Shown one piece after another: positions 50,401 through 64,000 of a DNA stretch of 64,000 bases (its first letter is position 1; the number at the start of each line of letters is the position of its first letter). Both the position numbers and the translations under genes were made by a program. Origin of the DNA: Lingula anatina (lineage: Eukaryota; Animalia; Brachiopoda); contig CM120649.1 in NCBI GenBank assembly GCA_051362555.1, forward strand, positions 8,742,001 to 8,806,000, written 5' to 3'. The notes beneath the pieces are model-generated. The model searched no databases. It saw nothing but the letters and a program-made list of their open reading frames with translations, and had not been told where the DNA came from.

Positions 50401-53400
50401 TAATTTTTAGTTTTCTCTTATATATTGTCCAAAGAAAATACTTTTCGTTAGACACAGTCAACTGATTAGCTTATCACAGATTTTTATTGTTATTAAGCAT
50501 CATTTGTGCAAATTTCAGAAACATTGGACAAGACTTGTCAAAATTATTAACATTTAACTATTTTAAGTCATGGAATTTTCCAGTTTTTATATCAGTATAA
50601 TTTTCAGTTTTTTGAAGTTTATTGTTCTTTCTGTCCAGAGTACCCTTACCATAAAAAAGCAGGCAGTGAAAGACAGCATCAAGAGAAGAACTATGTCTTA
50701 TCCATGTGTACAATACATGGCATGTGGCAAGATTTAGGACATTGTCAAATATTGTGCTAACAACAACCTATTCCAGAAACCCATTGTAAGGAGTAATCTG
50801 CATCTGACATTAAAAATAAGGAGTCTTGTATGGGTATATATTGTTTTTCAGATAACAGCTGTAGGTAACTTGCAACCTCCTTCACAAACAAACTCAAATC
50901 ATCAAATTTGCTGTTTTCTTTGATAGCAAATAATACATTGCAATATTGAAATATTTGTTTTGGTCAATTCTCACACTTCTGATTATCAATTTCCAATAAA
51001 CTTGGCACTTAAAAAAACACAGTCAACTGATTAGCTGATCACAGATTTTTATTGTTGTTAAGCATCATTTGTACAGATTTTAGAAACATTGGATGAGATT
51101 TGACAAAATTATTAACGTTTAACTATTTTAAGTCATGAAATTTGCCAACTTCTTTTCAGTGTAATTTTGAGTTTTCTCAAATATTTTGTCCAAAGAAAAT
51201 ACTTTTCATTAGTCACACAGTCAATTGATCAGATTATCACAGATTTTTATTGATCTTAAGCATCATTTGTTAAAATATCAGAAATATTGGACAAGATTTG
51301 GCAAAATTATTAACATTTAACTATTTTAAGTCATGGGTTTTGCCAGTTTTTTCAATGTAATTTTCAGTTTTCTGAAGTTTATTGTTCTTTCTTTCCAGAG
51401 TACCCTTACCATGAAAAAGCAGGCAAAGAAAGACAGCAGCAAGAGCAGAACTAGGTCTTATTCATGTGTGCAATACATGACATGTGGCAAGATTTAGGAC
51501 ATTGTCATATATTGTGCTAACAACAATCCATTCCAGAAACCCATTGTAAGGAGTAATCTGCATCTGACATTGATAGTAAGGAGGAGTCTTGTATGGGTGT
51601 ATATTGTTTTCCAGATGACAGTTATAGGTAACTTGCAACCTTCTACACAAACAAACTCAAATCATCACATTTGCTGTTTTCTTTGATAGCAAATAATACA
51701 TTGCAATATTGAAATATTTGTTTTGGTCAATTCTCACACTTCTGATTATCAATTTCCAATAAACTTGGCACTTAAAAAAACACAGTCAACTGATTAGCTG
51801 ATCACAGATTTTTATTTTTGTTAAGCATCTTTTGTGCAAATTTCAGAAGTATTTGACAAGATTTGACAAAATTATTAACGTTTAACTATTTTGAGCCATG
51901 GAATTTGCCAGTGTTTTTGTGGTAGTTTTCTGTTTTCCGAAATATATTGCCCCAAAGAACACTTTTTATTTGACATTGACAACTGATCAGCTTATCACAG
52001 ACTTTTATTGTTGTTAAGCATCATTTGTACAGATTTTAGAAACATTGGATGAGATTTGACAAAATTATTTATGTTTAACTATTTTAAGTCATGAAATTTG
52101 CCAACTTATTTTCAGTGTAATTTTGAGTTTTCTCTTATTTATTGTCCAAAGAAAATACTTTTCGTTAGACTCAGTCAACTGATCAGCTTATCACAGATTT
52201 TTATTGTTGTTAAGCATCATTGGTGCAAATTTCAGAAGTATTGGACAAAATTTGACAAAATTATTAACGTTTAACTATTTTAAGTCATGGGGTTTGCCAG
52301 TTTTTTCAGTGTAATTTTAGTTTTCTGAAGTTTATTATTCTTTCTTTCTATAGTACCCTTACCATGAAAAAGGAGGCAGTGAAAGACAGCAGCAAGAGCA
52401 GCACTATGTCTTATCCATGTGTACAATACATGACAAGTGGCAAGATTTAGGACATTGTCAAATATTGTGCTAACAACAACCCATTCCAGAAACCCATTGT
52501 GAGGAGTAATCTGCATCTGACATTGATAGTAAGGAGGAGTCTTGTATGGGTATATATTGTTTTCCAGATGACAGCTATAGGTAACTTGGAACCTCCTACA
52601 CAAACAAACTCAAATCATCACATTTGCTGTTTTCTTTGATAGTAAATAATACATTGTAATATTGCAATATTTGTTTTGGTCAATTCTCACACTTCTGATA
52701 ATCAATTTCCAATAAACTTGGCACTTAAAAAATCACAGTCAACTGATTAGCTTATCACAGATTTTTATTGTTGTTAAGCATCATTTGTGCAAATTTCAGA
52801 AGTATTTGACAAGATTTGACAAAATTATTAACGTTTAACTATTTTGAGCCATGGAATTTGCCAGTGTTTTTATGGTAGTTTTCCGTTTTCCGAAATATAT
52901 TGCCCCAAAGAACAATTTTCATTTGACACTAACAACTGATCAGCTTATCACAGACTTTTATTGATGTTAAGCATCATTTGTACAGATTGTAGAAACATTG
53001 AATGAGATTTGACAAAATTATTAACGTTTAACTATTTTAAGTCATGGAATTTGCCAACTTATTTTCAGTGTAATTTTTAGTTTTCTCTAAAATATTGTCC
53101 AAAGAAAATACTTTTCGTTAGACACAGTCAACTGATTAGCTTATCACAGATTTTTATTGTTATTAAGCATCATTTGTGCAAATTTCAGAAACATTGGACA
53201 AGACTTGTCAAAATTATTAACATTTAACTATTTTAAGTCATGGAATTTTCCAGTTTTTATTTCAGTGTAATTTTCAGTTTTCTGATGTTTATGTTCTTTC
53301 TTTCCAGAGTACCCTTACCATAAAAAAGCAGGCAGTGAAAGACAGCATCAAGAGAAGAACTATGTCTTATCCATGTGTACAATACATGGCATGTGGCAAG

Positions 53401-56400
53401 ATTTAGGACATTGTCAAATATTGTGCTAACAACAACCCATTCCAGAAACCCATTGTAAGGAGTACTCTGCATCTGACATTGATAGTAAGGAGGAGTCTTG
53501 TATGGGTGTATATTGTTTTCCAGATGACAGTTATAGGTAACTTGCAACCTCCTACACAAACAAACTCAAATCATCACATTTGCTGTTTTCTTTGATAGTA
53601 AATAATACATTGTAATATTGCAATATTTGTTTTGGTCAATTCTCACACTTCTGATAATCAATTTCCAATAAACTTGGCACTTAAAAAATCACAGTCAAGT
53701 GATTAGCTTATCACAGATTTTTATTGTTGTTAAGCATCATTTGTGCAAATTTCAGAAGTACTTGACAAGATTTGACAAAATTATTAACGTTTAACTATTT
53801 TGAGCCATGGAATTTGCCAGTGTTTTTATGGTAGTTTTCCGTTTTCCGAAATATATTGCCCCAAAGAACAATTTTCATTTGACACTAACAACTGATCCAC
53901 TTATCACATACTTTTATTGTTGTTAAGCATCATTTGTACAGATTTTAGAAACATTGGATGAGATTTGACAAAATTATTTATGTTTAACTATTTTAAGTCA
54001 TGAAATTTGCCAACTTATTTTCAGTGTAATTTTGAGTTTTCTCTTATATATTGTCCAAAGAAAATACTTTTCGTTAGACACAGTCAACTGATCAGTTATC
54101 ACAGATTTTTATTGTTGTTAAGCATCACTGGTGCAAATTTCAGAAGTATTTGACAAGATTTGACAAAATTATTAACGTTTAACTATTTTGAGCCATGGAA
54201 TTTGCAAGTGTTTTTATGGTAGTTTTCCGTTTTTCGAAATATATTGCCCCAAAGAACAATTTTCATTTGACACTAACAACTGATCAGCTTATCACAGACT
54301 TTTATTGATGTTAAGCATCATTTGTACAGATTGTAGAAACATTGAATGAGATTTGACAAAATTATTAACGTTTAACTATTTTAAGTCATGGAATTTGCCA
54401 ACTTATTTTCAGTGTAATTTTTAGTTTTCTCTAAAATATTGTCCAAAGAAAATACTTTTCGTTAGACACAGTCAACTGATTAGCTTATCACAGATTTTTA
54501 TTGTTATTAAGCATCATTTGTGCAAATTTCAGAAACATTGGACAAGACTTGTCAAAATTATTAACATTTAACTATTTTAAGTCATGGAATTTTCCAGTTT
54601 TTATTTCAGTGTAATTTTCAGTTTTCTGATGTTTATGTTCTTTCTTTCCAGAGTACCCTTACCATAAAAAAGCAGGCAGTGAAAGACAGCATCAAGAGAA
54701 GAACTATGTCTTATCCATGTGTACAATACATGGCATGTGGCAAGATTTAGGACATTGTCAAATATTGTGCTAACAACAACCCATTCCAGAAACCCATTGT
54801 AAGGAGTACTCTGCATCTGACATTGATAGTAAGGAGGAGTCTTGTATGGGTGTATATTGTTTTCCAGATGACAGTTATAGGTAACTTGCAACTTCCTACA
54901 CAAACAAACTCAAATCATCACATTTGCTGTTTTCTTTGATAGTAAATAATACATTGTAATATTGCAATATTTGTTTTGGTCAATTCTCACACTTCTGATA
55001 ATCAATTTCCAATAAACTTGGCACTTAAAAAATCACAGTCAAGCGATTAGCTTATCACAGATTTTTATTGTTGTTAAGCATCATTTGTGCAAATTTCAGA
55101 AGTATTTGACAAGATTTGACAAAATTATTAACGTTTAACTATTTTGAGCCATGGAATTTGCCAGTGTTTTTATGGTAGTTTTCCGTTTTCCGAAATATAT
55201 TGCCCCAAAGAACAATTTTCATTTGACACTAACAACTGATCCGCTTATCACATACTTTTATTGTTGTTAAGCATCATTTGTACAGATTTTAGAAACATTG
55301 GATGAGATTTGACAAAATTATTTATGTTTAACTATTTTAAGTCATGAAATTTGCCAACTTATTTTCAGTGTAATTTTGAGTTTTCTCTTATATATTGTCC
55401 AAAGAAAATACTTTTCGTTAGACACAGTCAACTGATCAGTTATCACAGATTTTTATTGTTGTTAAGCATCACTGGTGCAAATTTCAGAAGTATTTGACAA
55501 GATTTGACAAAATTATTAACGTTTAACTATTTTGAGCCATGGAATTTGCAAGTGTTTTTATGGTAGTTTTCCGTTTTTCGAAATATATTGCCCCAAAGAA
55601 CAATTTTCATTTGACACTAACAACTGATCAGCTTATCACAGACTTTTATTGATGTTAAGCATCATTTGTACAGATTGTAGAAACATTGAATGAGATTTGA
55701 CAAAATTATTAACGTTTAACTATTTTAAGTCATGGAATTTGCCAACTTATTTTCAGTGTAATTTTTAGTTTTCTCTAAAATATTGTCCAAAGAAAATACT
55801 TTTCGTTAGACACAGTCAACTGATTAGCTTATCACAGATTTTTATTGTTATTAAGCATCATTTGTGCAAATTTCAGAAACATTGGACAAGACTTGTCAAA
55901 ATTATTAACATTTAACTATTTTAAGTCATGGAATTTTCCAGTTTTTATTTCAGTGTAATTTTCAGTTTTCTGATGTTTATGTTCTTTCTTTCCAGAGTAC
56001 CCTTACCATAAAAAAGCAGGCAGTGAAAGACAGCATCAAGAGAAGAACTATGTCTTATCCATGTGTACAATACATGGCATGTGGCAAGATTTAGGACATT
56101 GTCAAATATTGTGCTAACAACAACCCATTCCAGAAACCCATTGTAAGGAGTACTCTGCATCTGACATTGATAGTAAGGAGGAGTCTTGTATGGGTGTATA
56201 TTGTTTTCCAGATGACAGTTATAGGTAACTTGCAACTTCCTACACAAACAAACTCAAATCATCACATTTGCTGTTTTCTTTGATAGTAAATAATACATTG
56301 TAATATTGCAATATTTGTTTTGGTCAATTCTCACACTTCTGATAATCAATTTCCAATAAACTTGGCACTTAAAAAATCACAGTCAAGTGATTAGCTTATC

Positions 56401-59400
56401 ACAGATTTTTATTGTTGTTAAGCATCATTTGTGCAAATTTCAGAAGTATTTGACAAGATTTGACAAAATTATTAACGTTTAACTATTTTGAGCCATGGAA
56501 TTCGCCAGTGTTTTTATGGTAGTTTTCCGTTTTCCGAAATATATTGCCCCAAAGAACAATTTTCATTTGACACTAACAACTGATCCGCTTATCACATACT
56601 TTTATTGTTGTTAAGCATCATTTGTACAGATTTTAGAAACATTGCATGAGATTTGACAAAATTATTTATGTTTAACTATTTTAAGTCATGAAATTTGTCA
56701 ACTTATTTTCAGTGTAATTTTGAGTTTTCTCTTATATATTGTCCAAAGAAAATACTTTTCGTTAGACACAGTCAACTGATCAGTTATCACAGATTTTTAT
56801 TGTTGTTAAGCATCACTGGTGCAAATTTCAGAAGTATTTGACAAGATTTGACAAAATTATTAACATTTAACTATTTTGAGCCATGGAATTTGCAAGTGTT
56901 TTTATGGTAGTTTTCCGTTTTTCGAAATATATTGCCCCAAAGAACAATTTTCATTTGACACTAACAACTGATCAGCTTATCACAGACTTTTATTGTTGTT
57001 AAGCATCATTTGTACAGATTGTAGAAACATTGAATGAGATTTGACAAAATTATTAACGTTTAACTATTTTAAGTCATGGAATTTGCCAACTTATTTTCAG
57101 TGTAATTTTTAGTTTTCTCTTAAATATTGTCCAAAGAAAATACTTTTCGTTAGACACAGTCAACTGATCAGTTATCACAGATTTTTATTGTTGTTAAGCA
57201 TCACTGGTGCAAATTTCAGTAGTATTTGACAAGATTTGACAAAATTATTAACGTTTAACTATTTTGAGCCATGGAATTTGCAAGTGTTTTTATGGTAGTT
57301 TTCCGTTTTCCGAAATATATTGCCCCAAAGAACAATTTTCATTTGACACTAACAACTGATCCACTTATCACATACTTTTATTGTTGTTAAGCATCATTTG
57401 TACAGATTTTAGAAACATTGGATGAGATTTGACAAAATTATTTATGTTTAACTATTTTAAGTCATGAAATTTGCCAACTTATTTTCAGTGTAATTTTGAG
57501 TTTTCTCTTATATATTGTCCAAGGAAAATACTTTTCGTTAGACACAGTCAACTGATCAGTTATCACAGATTTTTATTGTTGTTAAGCATCACTGGTGCAA
57601 ATTTCAGAAGTATTTGACAAGATTTGACAAAATTATTAACGTTTAACTATTTTGAGCCATGGAATTTGCAAGTGTTTTTATGGTAGTTTTCCGTTTTCCG
57701 AAATATATTGCCCCAAAGAACAATTTTCATTTGACACTAACAACTGATCCACTTATCACATACTTTTATTGTTGTTAAGCATCATTTGTACAAATTTTAG
57801 AAACATTGGATGAGATTTGACAAAATTATTTATGTTTAACTATTTTAAGTCATGAAATTTGCCAACTTATTTTCAGTGTAATTTTGAGTTTTCTCTTATA
57901 TATTGTCCAAAGAAAATACTTTTCGTTAGACACAGTCAACTGATCAGTTATCACAGATTTTTATTGTTGTTAAGCATCACTGGTGCAAATTTCAGAAGTA
58001 TTTGACAAGATTTGACAAAATTATTAACGTTTAACTATTTTGAGCCATGGAATTTGCAAGTGTTTTTATGGTAGTTTTCCGTTTTTCGAAATATATTGCC
58101 CCAAAGAACAATTTTCATTTGACACTAACAACTGATCAGCTTATCACAGACTTTTATTGATGTTAAGCATCATTTGTACAGATTGTAGAAACATTGAATG
58201 AGATTTGACAAAATTATTAACGTTTAACTATTTTAAGTCATGGAATTTGCCAACTTATTTTCAGTGTAATTTTTAGTTTTCTCTAAAATATTGTCCAAAG
58301 GAAATACTTTTCGTTAGACACAGTCAACTGATTAGCTTATCACAGATTTTTATTGTTATTAAGCATCATTTGTGCAAATTTCAGAAACATTGGACAAGAC
58401 TTGTCAAAATTATTAACATTTAACTATTTTAAGTCATGGAATTTTCCAGTTTTTATTTCAGTGTAATTTTCAGTTTTCTGATGTTTATGTTCTTTCTTTC
58501 CAGAGTACCCTTACCATAAAAAAGCAGGCAGTGAAAGACAGCATCAAGAGAAGAACTATGTCTTATCCATGTGTACAATACATGGCATGTGGCAAGATTT
58601 AGGACATTGTCAAATATTGTGCTAACAACAACCAATTCCAGAAACCGTTTGTAAGGAGTACTCTGCATCTGACATTGATAGTAAGGAGGAGTCTTGTATG
58701 GGTGTATATTGTTTTCCAGATGACAGTTATAGGTAACTTGCAACCTCCTACACAAACAAACTCAAATCATCACATTTGCTGTTTTCTTTGATAGTAAATA
58801 ATACATTGTAATATTGCAATATTTGTTTTGGTCAATTCTCACACTTCTGATAATCAATTTCCAATAAACTTGGCACTTAAAAAATCACAGTCAAGTGATT
58901 AGCTTATCACAGATTTTTATTGTTGTTAAGCATCATTTGTGCAAATTTCAGAAGTATTTGACAAGATTTGACAAAATTATTAACGTTTAACTATTTTGAG
59001 CCATGGAATTCGCCAGTGTTTTTATGGTAGTTTTCCGTTTTTCGAAATATATTGCCCCAAAGAACAATTTTCATTTGACACTAACAACTGATCAGCTTAT
59101 CACAGACTTTTATTGTTGTTAAGCATCATTTGTACAGATTGTAGAAACATTGAATGAGATTTGACAAAATTATTAACGTTTAACTATTTTAAGTCATGGA
59201 ATTTGCCAACTTATTTTCAGTGTAATTTTTAGTTTTCTCTAAAATATTGTCCAAAGAAAATACTTTTCGTTAGACACAGTCAACTGATTTTTATTGTTAT
59301 TAAGCATCATTTGTGCAAATTTCAGAAACATTGGACAAGACTTGTCAAAATTATTAACATTTAACTATTTTAAGTCATGGAATTTTCCAGTTTTTATTTC

Positions 59401-62156
59401 AGTGTAATTTTCAGTTTTCTGAAGTTTATTGTTCTTTCTTTCCAGAGTACCCTTACCATAAAAAAGCAGGCAGTGAAAGACAGCATCAAGAGAAGAACTA
59501 TGTCTTATCCATGTGTACAATACATGGCATGTGGCAAGATTGAGGACATTGTCAAATATTGTGCTAACAACAACCCATTCCAGAAACCCATTGTAAGGAG
59601 TAATCTGCATCTGACATTGATAGGAAGGAGGAGTCTTGTATGGGTGTATATTGTTTTCCAGATGACAGTTATAGGTAACTTGCAACCTCCTACACAAACA
59701 AACTCAAATCATCACATTTGCTGTTTTCTTTGATAGTAAATAATACATTGTAATATTGCAATATTTGTTTTGGTCAATTCTCACACTTCTGATAATCAAT
59801 TTCCAATAAACTTGGCACTTAAAAAATCACTGTCAACTGATTAGCTTATCACAGATTTTTATTGTTGTTAAGCATCATTTGTGCAAATTTCAGAAGTATT
59901 TGACAAGATTTGACAAAATTATTAACGTTTAACTATTTTAAGTCATGGAATTTTCCAGTTTTTATTTCAGTGTAATTTTCAGTTTTCTGAAGTTTATTGT
60001 ACCACCAGCGTAGGCGCTGGCGGTACCCATGGTTTTGGTCCCGACCCATATGTTCCGCCGGCTCCTGCGGCTCCGCCGGCTCCTGCGGCTCCGCCGCCAA
60101 GTCACCGTTACCGCTTCTCCTCCTAGACGGTAAGGGCCCCTGTACCCATCTCTTGGATTTAGGTCACCTATAATCTCAACTCGTTCCACGTAAAATTTGG
60201 GCTTTGTTGGTATTGGGGTCTAGGTGTGGCACTCATTGCAATGCACCCTTGTCTAAAAATGGCAAAATTAAATGCTAATTATCTACCCTACTTAAGGAGT
60301 TATTGGAAAAATTTCTACAGACAGCTTTCCAAAAGTCATATGTGTAGATTTCAAAGATGCCCTTGGATTTGACCTTTGACCTTTATTTCAAGGTCAAACG
60401 GGCCAAAATGACTTCGGAGCACCCCCCATTTCAAGAATTTTGACCAAAATGATGTTTTCTTTATTTTAATTAATCTTTTCTGTAGGAAATTTATGGCACA
60501 TTATGGTAACTCCAAAATTATAACATTTAGTCCCTTATATCTCCAAAACTGGCAGAGATAGGTCCATAGTTACTATTGAAGTTGAATAGGAAGTCATATA
60601 CTGGCAATCTAAATGTGACCTTAAAATTGACCTTTGACCTACTTTTCACCATGAACTGAACTTTGCAAATTTTGCTTCCCTTTTATCTCCAAAACTGGCA
60701 GAGATAGGGCCATAGTTACTATTGAACTTGAATAGGAAGTCATATACTGGCAATCTAAATGTGACCTTGAAATTGACCTTTGACCTACTTTTCACCATGA
60801 ACTGAACTTTGCAAATTTTGCTTCCCTTTTATCTCCAAAACTGGCAGAGATATGTCCATAGTTACTAATGAAGTTGAATAGGAAGTCATATACTGGCAAT
60901 CTAAGTGTGACCTTAAAATTGACCTTTGACCTACTTTTCACCGTGAACTGAACTTTGCAAATTTTGGTTCCCTTTTATCTCCAAAACTGGCAGAGATAGG
61001 TCCATAGTTACTATTGAAGTTGAATAGGAAGTCATATCCTGGCAATCAAAATGTGACCTTGAAATTGACCTTTGACCTTTCACCATGAACTGAACTTTGC
61101 AAATTTTGTTTCCCTTTTATCTCCAAAGTTACGCTGTATCAAAAAGTACATATTGGTGGTGAAAGCAAAATGTGCAGTACTGTAATGGATAATAAATTTT
61201 GAACTCCGGAAAAATAAAACATAAGGCTTGGCAAAGCAGACAACTTGTGGTCAAAAATGACATTATTTCATCAAATTTGAACATCTGGAACTTGGGAGCA
61301 CCCCCCATTTCAAGAATTTTGACCAAAATGACCTTTTCTTTATTTTAATTAATTTCTTCTGTAGGAAATTTATGGCACATCATGGTAACTCCAAAATTAT
61401 AACATTTAGTCCCTTATTTCTCCAAAACTGGCAGAGATAGGTCCATAGTTAGTATCGAAGTTGAATAGGAAGTCATATACTGGCAATCCAAATGTGACCT
61501 TGAAATTGACCTTTGACCTACTTTTCACCATGAACTGAACTTTGCAAATTTTGGTTCCCTTTTATCTCCAAAACTGGCAGAGATAGGTCCATAGTTACTA
61601 TTGAAGTTGAATAAGAAGTCATATACTGGCAATTTACTGTGACCTTGAAATTGACCTTTGACCTACTTTTCACCATGAACTGAACTTTTGATGTACCATT
61701 TTTAGTCATATATGTTTTTTTGCATATTTTGAAAATTCTTGTTGATTGCATTTTTACAGCTTGTCAAGCACAAGACTGGTGGCTGTGTCCCTTATTTTGT
61801 GTATGTGGGGGTTTATACGAATGCGCTTGCTCCAGCTGGTGGTACAATATTCGGAGGCGGTATCGCCTCCTTGATCCTCTAGTTGTTCTTTCTTTCCAGA
61901 GTACCCTTACCATAAAAAAGCAGGCAGTGAAAGACAGCAGCAAGAGCAATATTGCAATATTGAAATATTTGTTTTGGTCAATTGTCACACTTCTGATTAT
62001 CAATTTCCAATAAACTTAACACTCAAAAAAAGACACAGACAACTGATCAGCTTATGACAGATTTTTATTGTTGTTAAGTATCATTTGTAAAAATTTCAGA
62101 AATATTTGACAAGATTTGACAAAATTATTAATGTTTAACTATTTTAAATCATTTAA
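47420..62156. repeat. Higher-order satellite L(AB)n: A 192 bp, B 196 bp, L 568 bp
   Basis: AB dimer period 388 (56765, 57153, 57541, 57929, 58317); L-to-L spacings 956, 1344, 1344, 2508 = 568 + n x 388; about 12 L units. Confidence 0.95.
59997..61882 (+). mobile_element. Non-autonomous Helitron/Helentron-type element, copy 2, inserted in the satellite
   Basis: TTGTACCACCAGCG..hairpin 5' end, 146-bp array, GCTGGTGGTACAA + GGAGGCGgtatCGCCTCC + CTAG 3' end; satellite resumes with no TSD. Confidence 0.9.
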
Positions 62157-64000
62157 TTGTACCACCAGCGTTAGCGCTGGCGGTACACATGGTTTCGGTC
62201 CCGTCCGGATCGTTCCGCCGGCTCTGCCGGCTCCGTTGGCTCCGCCGGCTCCGCTGGACGGCTACCGTTACCGCTTCTCCTCCTAGACGGTAAGGGCCCT
62301 CATACCCATCTCATGGATTTAGGTCACCTATAATCTCAACTCGTTCCACGTAAAATTTGGGCTTTGTCGGTATTGGGGTCTGGGTGTGGCACTCATTGCA
62401 ATGCACCCTTGTCTAAAAATGGCAGAATTAAATGCTAATTATCTACCCTACGGAAGGAGTTATGGGAAAAATTTCTATAGACGGCTTTCCAAAAGTCATA
62501 TGTGTAGATTTCAAATATATCCTTGGATTTGACCTTTGACCTCTACTTTAAGGTCAAATGGGCCAAAATTTTCAAAAAAATGAAATTTTTTACGAAAAAA
62601 ATTTTTTTTGCCCTGTTATTCAGATACCACACAGACTTAACCAATAATATTATTGGAAAGTGTAACCCTTCGTGTCATCTTTCATCTCTGTGAATTTGGG
62701 GTCAATCGGTGCATTTTCACGGGAGTAGCGGCCATAAAGTACCGAAACTGAAAACTGTCTCTAATTCGGGAACCGTTAATGCTAGAGACCCATTCTTTTT
62801 TGCATTTTGTAGAGCATGTAAAGCCCAACACTAGAAGTGGTCTCCGTTTTTTTGTATTCCATACGGTTTTCAAGTTACGCTGTATCAAAAAGTACATATT
62901 GGTGGTAAAAGCAAAATGTGCAGTACGGTAATGGATAATAAATTTTGAACTCTGGAAAAATAATACATAAGGCTTGGCAAAGCAGACAACTTGTGGTCAA
63001 AAATGACATTATTTCATCAAATTTGAACTTCTGAAACTTCAGAGCACCTCCTATTTCAAGAATTTTGACCAAAATGACATTTTCTTTATTTTAATTAATT
63101 TTTTCTGTACGAAATTTAAGGCACATTATGGTAACTCCAAAATTATAACATCTAGTCCCTTATATCTCCAAAACTGGCAGAGATAGGTCCATAGTTACTA
63201 TTGAACTTGAATAGGAAGTCATATACTGGCAATCTAAATGTGACCTTGAAATTGACCTTTGACCTACTTTTCACCATGAACTGAACTTTGCAAATTTTGG
63301 TTCCCTTTTATCTCCAAAACTGGCAGAGATAGGTCCATAGTTACTATTGAACTTGAATAGGAAGTCATATACTGGCAATCTAAATGTGACCTTAAAATTG
63401 ACCTTTGACCTACTTTACACCATGAACTGAATTTTGCAAATTTTGCTTTCCTTTTATCTCCAAAACTGGCAGAGATAGGTCTGTAATTACTATTGAACTT
63501 GAATAGGAAGTCATATACTGGCAATCTATATGTGACATTAAAATTGACCTTTGACCTACTTTTCACCATGAACTGAACTTTGCAAATTTTTCTTCCCTTT
63601 TATCTCCAAAACTGGCAGATATAGGTCCATAGTTACTATTGAAGTTGAATAGGAAGTCATATACTGGCAATCTAAATGTGACCTTAAAATTGACCTTTGA
63701 CCTACTTTACACCATGAACTGAATTTTGCAAATTTTGCTTTCCTTTTATCTCCAAAACTGGCTGAGATAGGTCTTTAGTTACTATTGAACTTGAATAGGA
63801 AGTCATATACTGGCAATCTAAATGTGACCTTAAAATTGACCTTTGACCTACTTTTCACCATGAACTGAATTTTGCAAATTTTGCTTCCCTTTTATCTCCA
63901 AAACTGGCAGAGATAGGTCCATAGTTACTATTGAACTTGAAAAGGAAGTCATATACTGGCAATCTAAATGTGACCTTAAAATTGACCTTTGACCTACTTT
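62157..64000 (+). mobile_element. Non-autonomous Helitron/Helentron-type element, copy 3 (runs off window)
   Basis: Same 5' end; 146-bp array from ~63165 to window end. Confidence 0.9.

Noticed and set aside
48811-59697. Repeated ~100-aa minus-strand ORFs (MCRRLQVTY...) as a tandem gene family
   Set aside because: They begin at GTG/TTG-type codons, vary in length through indels and just reflect the satellite L unit; splice signals point to the opposite strand.
47420-64000. CRISPR-like repeat/spacer array
   Set aside because: Intervening sequences are themselves repeated, units are 146-568 bp, no cas genes, eukaryotic context.

Overview
AT-rich eukaryotic (metazoan, probably mollusc/lophotrochozoan; inferred from repeat types and gene style) genomic DNA, not prokaryotic. 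Two spliced protein-coding genes can be built by hand on the minus strand. (1) An 8-exon secreted-type protein (13732-19698): signal peptide, C-type-lectin-like domain, 22 EGF repeats in one 2.57-kb exon, Thr-rich linker, VWC-like domain; it has an apparent 2-bp frameshift near 15905. (2) A gene with 9 coding exons (41147-44183): CBM20 glycogen/starch-binding domain, five duplicated symmetric micro-exons and a basic amphipathic Cys-containing tail. The rest is mostly repeats: three non-autonomous Helitron/Helentron-type elements with internal 146-bp arrays; a ~14.7-kb higher-order satellite L(AB)n (A 192, B 196, L 568 bp) whose L unit looks like captured exons; decayed transposon genes (YqaJ-exonuclease+PHD, a DDE transposase fragment, Ulp1+PHD); many MITEs; a short Penelope-type insertion with a minimal hammerhead ribozyme; an inverted-repeat-flanked cluster of three tRNA-like modules; and a tRNA-Gly pseudogene. 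All calls come from reading the sequence; no database searches were run.
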